61,729 nucleotides of DNA, taken from NCBI GenBank assembly GCA_002104905.1, contig MCFE01000528.1:1-61729 (forward strand). Reading direction: 5' to 3'. Shown in pieces: positions 47,701 to 59,028 of the stretch. The stretch is from Basidiobolus meristosporus CBS 931.73. Taxonomy: Eukaryota; Fungi; Basidiobolomycota. A program made the translations under genes and the position numbers. The notes under the pieces were generated by a model. That model saw nothing but the letters and a program-made list of their open reading frames with translations. It had not been told where the DNA came from and did no database searches. Numbering within the stretch: the stretch's first letter is position 1; each line of letters starts with the position of its first letter.

Positions 47701-49570
47701 ATGCTGACTATAGTATATACTGTAAGCCAGATAGGACAAATCCAGTACTATTAGCTCCATATGTGAATGATCTTATTTTAACTGCCAATAACCTCAAGAC
47801 ATTGGAAGAGACTAAATCCAGCCTATCTAAAGAGCTCTGTGGTTATGGAAAGTATTCCACTGCTACATATCTCAAAACTAATATTGCACTCATTTCTTTA
47901 TTTTGCTTTTTGCTATTGTAACATACAAGCAAAAGATCAGGAATTTCCAACTATAAAGGACAAATGCTCCAGACCCTGACAAGCAATCCACCCAAGAATA
48001 TTAAGTCATGCAGAACACTCAGTAGTCAACACCTACTTCAAATTACAGCTCATTTAAAGCAGTACTTAAGGGGTTATGATCAAAAAAGTTTAATTGTCAT
48101 ATGCACTAGGCCTCTATTACTATGATTACTATGGTGACTTTGATTGCATGTAACTTTTGAGCTAGACAATACAATCACCTGAAAGTCTCACGGATGCTTT
48201 GCCAATGTCCAATCTGTGCTTCTGCAAAATTTTAGCTTTGTCTCTTGTATCTTGCTTGCGCAAATGCCCAAAAATTTTGATCCTTCAGAATTTTCATATA
48301 TATGACTTCTCCAGCTGAAATATAAAGGAGAGCCACTCTTTCCAGAATCTCCACACCACAATTATAAGTTTAAAGATTATAAGACTTCCCCTGCATCACT
48401 TGACTGTTGCGTATTCTGACTTTGATTGGTACTACATCAGTAAAGTGACTGCAAAGCTCACAAGAAGCCAATCTAAGTTCTACAAGAAAACTACCACTTT
48501 TCTGCTGGAAAAGTCCCCTCTAAGAAACCCCTTTAATCTAAAGACACTACTGCAGACACCCCTTTAGTCTAAAGACCCCTTTAGAGAACCCTCCAAGAAG
48601 CCCCTTTACTCTAAAGAAGCCCCTTTGGGCACCCCTTTAGTGTAAAGTCCACTTGGGAGACCACTACAAGAAGCCCTTTACTCTAAATACACCCTTTTAG
48701 ACACCCCATTAGGTCTAAAGTCCCCTTTAGAGACTTCTACACCACACCCATTTAGGTTAAAGGGGAGTTTAGCATTTCCATATTGAGAAATGTTTTCTTG
48801 GAAAGGATAGTGACTTCCAAATAAGGAAAAGCTACTCTAAGAATAAATAAGCCCAATAGTTGACAGAAGGTCAGAACACCACTGTAGAAGTGAGAATCAT
48901 AGCCCATAGTATACTTTGAGCCTAAGGTAGAGGGTATTAGTGAAAGTTATGTCTTCTATTGGTATATCAAACTCCCAAAAAATAATATCAGTATTGGCAT
49001 ACTGGGAGTTGTTGTATATTGTTGATTAGCCTCTACATTGCAGTACAAGCCCCAAACTATTCATAATACAAACAACAGCTCAAGATGTCCAATCTTGGAG
49101 AGCTCAGTTACTGCTTGGGAATAAAGTTTTCCATAGACATATGTACCCAGACCATCATCCTAAGCCAATCCTGGTATACTTGAGATATACTTGAGAAGTA
49201 CCTGATGGATAACTGTAAACAGGCAACTGCTAAAATGCAGACAAACTTGACTTGTCATAACACAACAAATTAAGAGAGCTAGTGCCACCTGAAAGCCTAA
49301 CTTTCCTTATCATTCTATGCTCAGTAGTCAACCTATGCATGCTTGAACACATCTAGATATCTTATTCAGTGGAGTTGTCAGCCAGCATAAACAAACTATG
49401 GATCTAATCAAATTGTAGCAGTTAAGCAGACTTTAGATACCTAAAAGAGCTGCTGATATATGCTTAAGATATACTTATAAGATTCAGAGCAGAATCTTTA
49501 GGATACTGTGATGCAGATTGGGACAAATTTGAAGACAGAAGATCCACACAGATACACCTTCTTCACTGTA
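44775..49570 (+). mobile_element. Copia remnant D: gag, protease, integrase, RT and partial RNase H, interrupted by a solo LTR at 47838-49077
   Basis: PBS, gag, DSGAS-like protease DNA at ~45650, integrase and RT similarity; RT DNA resumes at 49082; GYCDADW near 49500; the right end is approximate. Confidence 0.85.
47838..49077. mobile_element. Solo LTR (1240 nt), family X copy 1
   Basis: TGTGGT...ACAACA ends; exact 4-bp TSD GCTC (47834-47837, 49078-49081); collinear with 53861-54957. Confidence 0.88.
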
Positions 49571-50029
49571 CTTATAAAAATTATTGTGTGATCCATCAAA
49601 GGACATCACAGATTCTAAGTCTGTGACTAAGAGTATTGATTCATCAGGACACCATTCAAAGACTGTCAAATATATTTGTACTCAGATTTCATAAAAATTG
49701 GTCAAAACTTTGATAAGAACAAACAAAATGGCTTTTAATTGTTCTCTGCCAATTTTCTCACTTACTAATCTTGGGCACTGTATCACCTCCTACATTTGTG
49801 TACATTGATTGGCTATTGCCTCTTTTTCACATTCCTTAATACCTGACTCAATTGTTTCTCTTATTTTTCATGCATACAAGTTGATTTATTTCCACTGAAA
49901 CTTCAGTTGTACCTCAATTGCCAATTGTACTGATCTATACAAGTCCCTATACCCTACACTAACATTAAGCTCAATTCCACACTCAACAAGTAACTCCATT
50001 AAGATCCACCTCTCAATCAGTATTTTTGC

Positions 50030-53000
50030 TGTAATGTGCTGTTTCCATGACTTTGGCAGGAATGCTACAGCTTTATGCCATTGTTATTCAGTGGTTCCCA
50101 TGCATCCTGGTCTTCAGCCAGCACTGCAAGGTCTAGCACCTCATCTGCTAGTCTTTGCAATACGTCCTTGCAAAACTCAACTATGTTTCTTGAGCACTGC
50201 TCTTGAAGAAGTGCTGCAACCTCATGGTGTGCCCAATAAAGTTCCAAAATTCCACTGAAGGCATTATGATAGTCTTTGGAGTTCTTGATGTTGTAGCTTT
50301 GTCTCTCAGCGGGATCTCCACTATGTCAAAGATGAAAGATGTGGAGGCTGTGGTAGATAGATTGCCTTTCATTGCAACCTTAACTACCTCACAGGATTAT
50401 AGCTCAACTTGCTGTGCTACCAACTCCTGTGAAAGCAGCTGTTTTCTTGATGGTAGTTTTTTTGGCTATGCTGGGATTCAATCTGCTGTGGGCTTACAGT
50501 GTTGATTGGCAAGAGCTGCAGCTTTTTCTTACGCTTCCCTGTCTCTGGCTTGTGTAGACTTCTTCCCCTTTACCTTATTGTTTATCACTATCAGGTCTTT
50601 CGCAGCTACTTTTTCTGAGTGCTTCTTGTATTGAACTATGTTTTCTCTTTAATAAATGCTGCTCTGATACATTTGTTTTGGCCAGCTTGTCCCTTGCTGG
50701 GACTCTGCAGGCAACCTGTTGCTTCTTTCCTGCTTGTTTCAAGCTCTCAGCTCACACTGTGACAGGCTCCTGAAGTAGCCACTTGTTTTTATCACTGCAG
50801 GTCCTTCACTGCTACTTTGATTGAGTGCTTCTTGAGTAGAAATACACTTTTTCCTTGGTAAATGTTGTGCTGGTGCATCAGTATCTGCCTGCTTTTCCCT
50901 TGTTGGCACTCTTCCAGCTACCTGATCCCTCTTTGATGATTGTTTGGAGCTTTTGGCCCTGCTTGCAATGGGCTCTTGAGGAGGCTGCTGGTTTTTATCT
51001 ATTGCACCCTTGTTCTTCTGCCTGTGATAGTTTCTGCTATTCTTGAGATACTTTCTTATCATACCAATGCTGGTCCAAGAAATGTTTGCTTGTCTGAATC
51101 CTGGACAATGCTCATGGAGCAAGTCAAGTGCATTCTGCTAGGCCTTGAGCTTCTGATGGTCCCATGGTATGCCAGCCTTAAGGTGTTGGAGTACTAGACT
51201 TCTGAGAGCCTCTTGAATATTAGCCCACTCTTCATCATTGCACCCAATGGCTACATGAATCCTCAATGTCTTTTGATCTTTAGCCTCTGGTATAAATACT
51301 ACATTTTCTCCCTCACATGCTGGGATAGGCTATTCTGTGGGCTATATCCTTGGGTGCTGTTGTTGTGCTTCAAAGACTGTACAGTGTTACTGTGCTATTG
51401 CATTTGGAAATGGCAAAGTTCTTGGCTGTGACATTGATATACTTGAGTTCCCTCATTGTCACAAAAATACTACTTTCTCTAACTGGGGTATTGATTGCTC
51501 TACACATATTATGCACTCATTCTGTTTCTGGACTATTTCCTGATTTCTCTGGGCCATTGCATCTATACAATTAGCCAATGCACCTAATGGCCACATTAAT
51601 GCTTTGGTATGAGCTAACATCATACTTGCTAATACAGGTGGTGGTGATGTTATGACAGCCACTTGCTGGTCTTCAACTGAAGGTACTGCTTGTGCTATAT
51701 CTTCATCTACCTCAGCAATATGGCCAGCTAGTAGCTCTGCAGAGATTCACAATTGCCAACTTGACTGAGAACCTGAGGAGTATGCATTATTCACTTCAGT
51801 AGGCATACTCTCTGCAGTGCCTTTATTGGTTGTAGCCCCACCTGTTACACTAAATGTCAATGCAAGCTGTTGTCAAACAATTCTTCTACTGCTGTCAGTG
51901 GTGGGGTTTGGTTGAGAACCAGACAACTTTGCTTTATTTCTTAGCAGCATACATATTGAAGTGAGTAAACCAAAGGGTAAAATGATACCTATGTGGGTTA
52001 TTACTGACTGTACTTGGTGAGTGGGAGAGCATGTAGATCAAGTCATTACCATTTGGTTCAGAATAGCTTCCAATAAAAGGTAGCAAGGTAATAAAGACTT
52101 ATGTTCATTCCATCCAAATCTTGTTGTTCTCTCACAGGGTTAAATCAGATATATATATCATTTGGAGGGACTTAGATAATAGACAATGTGTTATAAAATA
52201 CGGGTGTGAACTCCTTCTTGCTATGGTAAGTGTTCTGAATAGATAAGGGCAGGAATAGGAGGGAGGACATGTTGGGCAATCCTAGGGAGGACACCTGGGG
52301 GACTTTCAGTAGGACTCTGGGAAGAAACTCTTGGGCAGAGAGTGGGTATTATATTTAGTACTCAGATATCCTGGAGGTTAAGAGGGAGATTTGTCCACAA
52401 AGTTCTTTGACTAATTTGCTTCTCCAGGGTTCAATTAGTTTGCATAGCATGAGGAGTCACCATAGTACCATTGCTGGTTGTCACTTGCAAGGGGGTTGTG
52501 GGCAAGTATCTGATACTATTTGGCTGCAGAGTGGGGTGTGGCTTGCATTGCTTGAGGGATGTCTTCCACAGAGCCACACAATTGGCAAACTATAGGGCTC
52601 TGGGTAAGCTCCTTATGAGGGTCAAAGAACAAGAAGAGATGCGATAATGTGATGAAGTCTTTCTTCTTTATCTTGCAAGCATTGTTTAGGCATGTCCTTG
52701 TATGTTCAATATGACAGCAGGGGCCCTTTTGAAGAGAGTTTACACTTGGTCAGCAGTCACCTGTTGTTGATAACATGTTTTTGCTTCTTCCAAGACATAT
52801 TCTAGTTCTTCTATAGAGACTGTGGCACAACCAAGGCGCTTTTGCACTTGCCTCATGGTTTCTACAGAGTCCGTGGCGTTACTTTGGCTTCTTGGAGTTG
52901 GACTTTGTACTGGTTCCTGAGGTGTCCTATAGAAAACCACTTTATAAGTTATAGCTCAGCAACTTAGTGGATTGCATGGGCTAACTGGCTGGTATATTTA

Positions 53001-56000
53001 ATCTGTTTGTGTATCTTTTCTAGGATGGTTCCTTCTTGGATATGTGGTTTGAGATGTTTGCAAATTTCTTTGAGGAGTCCTTCAATTGGGAGCTCTACTT
53101 CTGGTGCTCTTGCAGCTTGTACCAGGTCTGCATATACCTCAACAACTGTGGTACCTGTTAGTGGAAAGTATGCAATGAAACAGGGGGGCTCTAGAGGCCT
53201 TGTGAGGGCGCAACAGTTGATTCCTTGTGTCTTCTGCCTGACTGTGTCCAGTATGAATATGGGAATCAGTGTGGTGTCTTTCTCCTTAGTGATCAAGGAA
53301 CCTCCTCTCAGGTGGTGCACAGTCCTCTTGGGTAGTATCTCCATACTTTGTATTGGAGTGGATAACCTGTCTTGTCCCTCTCTGATTGTGTCTTGATCAA
53401 CATTACTGCTCTGGCAAACAACTTTTCATAGGTGGCTCTTGTCACATGTAATGCTTGTATCATATCTCTCAACACTTGCAGGTTGTTCTTGTTTTTGATA
53501 TCATCCTGATTCTTGCTAGTGGGAGGGGTATTGCCAGCTCTGGGTGAGCTGTTTCCTTTGACACTTCCCATATGCATTCTTTTGTTCTCCCTTTTGGGCA
53601 AACTTGCTTGTGCATATCATTTGTACCTATATTGACTAAAATCTTCTCTAATAAACTTTGTATGTAACCTGTGTCTTCCTCTATCCTTGACCTGATAATT
53701 GTTTAATCACACTTTGGTTTCAGTGATGATTGGTGGATCATCATGAGATGGTTTCAGATGGCTGGTACTACATTGCTGATTGTCTTATTATTCAGGGTGA
53801 TGGTGGACTTTGGTCTGTGGTCCAAGCTAATAACAGTGCCAGGGCCAATCCATTGGGATGTGTGGTAATGGAAAGTATTTCATTACTACAATATATCTAA
53901 ACCAATATTGCACTCATTTCTTTATTTTGCTTTTGCTATTGCAACACACAAGTGAAAGATCAAGAATATCCAACCTTGAAGAACAAATGCTCCAGACCCT
54001 GACAAGCAACTCACCCAAGAATATTATGTCATACAGAACATGTAGTAGCCAACACATGTTTCAAATTAAAGCTCATTTGAAGCAGTACTTGAGGAGTTAT
54101 GACTAAAAGAGTCCAATTACTATATAAACTATGCCTTATTGCTAGAATTACTATGGTGGCTTTGATTGTGTGTAACTTTTGAACCAGCCAATCAAATCAC
54201 GTGAAATTTTCACAAGTGCTGCGTCTATGTCCAATCTGCGCCACTAGAAATTATTAGCTTTGTATCACGTGTATTGCTTGTGCCATCACCCAAAAACTTT
54301 GATCCTTCAAAATTTTCATATATATGACTTACCCAGCTGAAAAATTAAGAGGGAGCCTCTCTTTCCAGAACCTCCACACTACAATTTCAAGTTTAAAGAT
54401 TATAAGACTTCCCCTGTATCACTTGCACTATTGAGTATTCTGACTTTGATTGGTACTACATCAGTAAAGAGACTGCAAAGCTCACAAGAATCTAATCTAA
54501 GTTCTACAAGAAGCTACCACTTTTCTGTCAGAAAAGTCCCCTCTAAGAAACCCCTTTAAGAAATCCCTTTACTCTAAAGACACCCCTTTAGGTCTAAAGA
54601 CCCCTTTAGAGACTTCTACAACACACCCCTTTAGGTTAAAGGGGAGTTCAGAATTTCCATATTAGGAAATATTTTCTCAGAAAGGAAAGTTACTTCCAAA
54701 TAAGGAAAAGTTACTATAAATATAAATAAGCCCATTAGTTCACAGAAGGTCAGAACAATGCTGTAGAAGTGATAAGCACTGCCTACAGTATATTTCAAGC
54801 CTAAGATTGAGGAAATTAGTGAAAGTTATATCTTCTATTGGTATATCAAACTCCCAATAAACTATTTCAGTATTAGCATACTGGAGGTTGTTGTATATTG
54901 TTGATTAGCCTCTACATTGTAGAACAAGCCCCAAACTAATCATAATAAAACACAACAGACGTAACTAGTGGGCAAAACTTGAGGCCTGCAACAGTTTGGT
55001 TGTACCACACCTTATTGCCTGGTTTTGACTTTCATCCTGTTAGTTTCTCATTTTTGGGTGGAGGGGGAAGGTGCTTGTCAACATTTTCCCAATACTTTTA
55101 TGTAAAGCTGGGCAATATAGTGTATCAACCATTCTACATAGTTGTTATGTGTTGTCAAGGGGACACCTTACATTGTCAATCCAGCTTCTTCATGCCACTT
55201 GGGCCTTTGTCCATGCAGAACTTTGTACAGGGAGAAACCTATCATTTTATTTGGTATTGTATGCATTGCTAGGAGTGTCAGTGGGAGCAGCTTGGCCCAT
55301 AACTGGGTAAGTTCCCAGTGAAGTTTCTCTAGTATGCGGGCAAACTGTCTGGTTCATCCTCTTGGTTAATCCATTGATCTGGGGGTGATATGCAGCTGTG
55401 AAGACCAGTTTCATGCTCATCATTTTGCACAAATGGGCCATGGTGTTGTTCAGGAAGGAACCACCATTGTCAGACAGGAGTATCTGAGGATATCTGTGCC
55501 AGCAGATAAGGTGTTCTTGGATGAATTGGGTGGTTGTCTTCTGGTCTTTATTTTGAACGGCTTGGGCTTCAGCCCACTTTGAGAAATAATTGGTAGCTGC
55601 TATTACATATTCTTCTCCCTTCTTTGTTTTCATAAAGGGGCCAACAAAGTTGATCCCTTCCCAGCGGAAGGGTAGGTCAACTGGTGTTGGCTTGGTTGTC
55701 CCTATCATGTTACTTCTGTTATATCTTTTGCAGGTGGAGCATCTTTGTAATGTATTTGTGACATTGGTCATCATTTTTTTCCATTGAAGCATCTTTCTTA
55801 GCATCTTATATGTTCTTATTGGGTTAGCAGGTCCTAATGACATATATCTTTCTCTTATGACTTCTTCACAGGCAGTGACCAGGTGTGCCATGACTCTGAG
55901 CTGTCCTTAGAGGAGCCATAATTGGTTTTCTTGTAGTTTGTACTGACACCATTTCCTTCAAAAGTCTCTCTTCTGCTTGTTTGTCACAACATGTTTGGGG

Positions 56001-57880
56001 TACTTTCCCTTTCTTTTAAAGCAGATAATGTCCTTGTAGTCATTGCTGATGCATACTTGGCACACAGGATAGCAACTGAGAAAGTCTGCATCCTGGTGTT
56101 TTTGCCAGCCAATGAATTATTTTAAAGTTGTATTCTTGTAGTCAGAGGGCCCAACATGCTAGTAGACCGGTACAGTCTTTAGTTTTCATTGGCCAGACCA
56201 GTGTGCTGTGATCCATTATTTTTATGAAATGGCAACCATGTATGTATGTATAGAATCTTTAATTGAATAAACAACAAACAGACATTCTATCTCAGCAATA
56301 GGTTAGTGATGTTTGTGTTTGCTTAGCAAACAGCTCACATAACAATTTGGGTCAAATTTGCCAGGTTGGTGGTATTGTCCCAGTACAGCACCTGTACAGG
56401 TGAGACTTCCATCACAGTTAATGACAAATCTTGCATCCTAATTGGGAAAACCTACACTGGCGGTGACTTCAGGAAAAGTTTCAGCTGATTGAATGCTCTC
56501 TTTTGAGGCTCCAACCACACAAAACACTGGCCTTTTTGCATCAATTTGTCTAGGAGGGCTGCTAAAGTTGCAAAGTTTTTGACAAAGTGGCAATAGCAGC
56601 TGGTTAATCCTAGGAATCCTAACACTGCATTGATATTCTTTGGTGCAGGTGTGTCTTGAATGGCTTTTGGGAGTAAATTAGATGGGTATATCCCATCTGC
56701 CAAGATCTCATGGCCCAAGAACAACAATTTTGTATACAGGAAATGGCACTTCTTGGGATGTAGTTTGAGTTGGTTTTCAAGGAGGGCTGTCAGGATATGT
56801 TGCACATTGTGTATATGCTCTTCTACATTGGGGGAATATATTGTGATGCCATCCAAATACACAAGAGCACATTCTCATTGTAAATTTCCTAGTACCTTGT
56901 TGATCATCCTTTGGAACGTAGCTGGAGCATTGCACAAGCCAAAGGGTAGTCAGTTCCATTTGTATAATCCAAACAATGCTATAAAAGCGGTTTTGGGTGA
57001 ATATTCTGGGGCTACTTCTACTTGCCTATACCCAGAGATTAAGTCAAGAGAGCTAAAATATTTAGCTCCAATTAATCTGTTCAAGAGGATGTCTATTTTC
57101 AGCAGTGGATACACATCCTTCTGGGTGACGGCATTCAATTTTTGGTAGTCAATGCAAAAACATTGCTTTCTGTCTTTCTTCAGGACTATCACTACAGGGG
57201 AGGCCTACAGAGAATGGCTTTTGGTGATGATGTTGTCTTTTAATAAAGTTTCAATTGTCTCTTTGATATAGTCTGTGTCAATTTTTGAGTTCCTATAGGC
57301 TTTTTGCTTAATGGGGTATTTGGTGATATACCCTAGGTATATTATCAATTACTTGGTTCTTAAAGAATACTTGGGTAAGCAGGTGTATTCCTTATAACCA
57401 CTAAGCACTTCAGACTTTGCATTTCATATTTTGGCGGTATCCATACTTTGGGAATTGAGATTCCTTCCAGTTGCTTGGATACTTTTGTTGCGGTTATCAT
57501 ACTTCCACTTGTTAAATGATCTATTGATGTCCCTAATGGGATCACCATCTCACTGGTGGGTGGTATTCTTATCACCTTTTGTGTGATGATTGGAGACTGC
57601 AACAATTTCACCTCTTCAATTGTCACAATGTTGCTACATGCCTGAATACTCTTGCTATCCCACCTGAGCTCAGACGCACTGTAGACTATGTGCATCTTAT
57701 GTTGGATAAATCAACTCTTGCCAATGAGTAAGTTTCTGGCTGCAATGGGTAGGACCACAACATCTTGGTGTATAATCAAGTTGCCTAGCCAGATGGGGCA
57801 ATTAGGCGCTGTAGTGGGGTCACAGTGACACCCACAGGCAGATGTGCTCATTCTTATGCGTTCACTTCCCTAAAAAGGAT
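50030..57880 (-). mobile_element. Degenerate Ty3/gypsy element E: protease end, RT, RNase H, integrase, plus ~3.8 kb of extra degenerate ORFs downstream of pol; boundaries approximate
   Basis: RT: FCIDYQKLN, FSSLDLISGYRQV, PFGLCNAPATFQRM-like DNA, YLDG (decayed YLDD). Integrase: C..C zinc finger, EYVIAATNYFSKWAEA, LSDNGGSF, AYHPQINGL. GPY/F-like WIGPG on the far side of the inserted LTR. Confidence 0.85.
53861..54957. mobile_element. Solo LTR (1097 nt), family X copy 2, inserted into the integrase C-terminus of element E
   Basis: Same ends and internal sequence as 47838-49077; flanks GATG/GACG form a 4-bp TSD with one CpG transition. Confidence 0.86.
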
Positions 57881-57935
57881 TACCCCGCCTATATTATTAT
57901 CATCCCAAATTTGCAATATTTCCTATTTTTGTCTA

Positions 57936-58888
57936 TGTGATTATTACTATGCAACCTGACAAACTATTTGTCCCTATTAACCCATTGCACAAGCTATTCT
58001 TATTCCTTGCCGAGATGCCAAGATAAGATAGTTACCTTATAAGGCAAGTACCCCAACAGTGCCCATGTCACATGACCATCTTGGTTTCATAATCCCCCAT
58101 CTCACTACCATAAGAGGCAACCACATGACACAGAGGTTTCATGTTACCACTACCTGATTAGCTAGGTACTACTATGTCTCATGGAACAATCCGCCAAGAA
58201 TTTGCGCTATTTTTAGTACACAAAGACATGATTGGTTGTCTACTACCTTCTGGAAACTTCCGGAAAGTATTTTCTAGCAAGAAATTGAGCAGCAAAAAAG
58301 TATATAAGGGAGGCTATCCCTTAAAATAAATCATCCCTCTTCCAATATTCCGACTTATTGATTAGTGAGATCACCGCTACCTATTACCACTATTTTCTGA
58401 CTCAGATCTGACGACACTCCCAGGAAACCGCGCTGACAGCCAACTGACCTTGGAGGCACTACTTGTGAGGAATACTCAGAGTAGGTATATTTTATTATAT
58501 TTGTTTGTTTTCCCAAGTTTGTTCTTGTACAGGCAAAGATACTTTTCAGTCTTTGTAACTATTGGTCAAAGCTGCATTCTTATCAAGTCCCTGTTGGTGG
58601 AGTTTACAGTTGTTTTGACTTTGGAAGCTTTAGTACATTGTCATCTCAAAGGACGTCAAAGCCATTATAAACTTTTGTTAAGACGCCAACTAAGTTGGGG
58701 ATTGTAGTTCAATAGTTTTCCCTTGACAAGCTTGAGGCTTTATCCCCCATCACTTAGATTAGATAAAAGACCCAGTATTCCTAGCAAGCTTTTGCCAGAG
58801 GTTATCGCACCCAGTGAACACCCCACACACATTCACACTTGAGAAGTGTTGGCCGTATTTTGCCCCTTTGGACTTATACACCACCACA
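57936..58888 (+). repeat. Probable 5' LTR of gypsy element F (3' end firm, 5' end tentative)
   Basis: Ends ...ACCACA just before the PBS; TATATAAG at ~58.3 kb; TGTGATT chosen as the likely start only from terminal complementarity. Confidence 0.5.
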
Positions 58889-58892
58889 TAAT

Positions 58893-58909
58893 TGGCACCC
58901 AACGTGGGG
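58893..58909 (+). other. Primer-binding site TGGCACCCAACGTGGGG, tRNA-Lys(CUU)-type
   Basis: One mismatch (a CpG to CpA change) from the known Lys1,2 PBS TGGCGCCCAACGTGGGG; lies 4 nt after the LTR end and 120 nt before gag. Confidence 0.75.
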
Positions 58910-59028
58910 GGTTCATACAAGCTCCCTAGGACCCAACAAGATTTACCTGAAGATTTGAGCCGTCACCCATTTATTGAAACAAGACTACCGATATTATCAA
59001 GACTATAACACCAACCTACGTACCCAAA

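Noticed and set aside
34000-58000. Classical RIP as the cause of TE decay
   Set aside because: The depleted dinucleotide is CpG while CpA/TpG are abundant, the opposite of ascomycete RIP.
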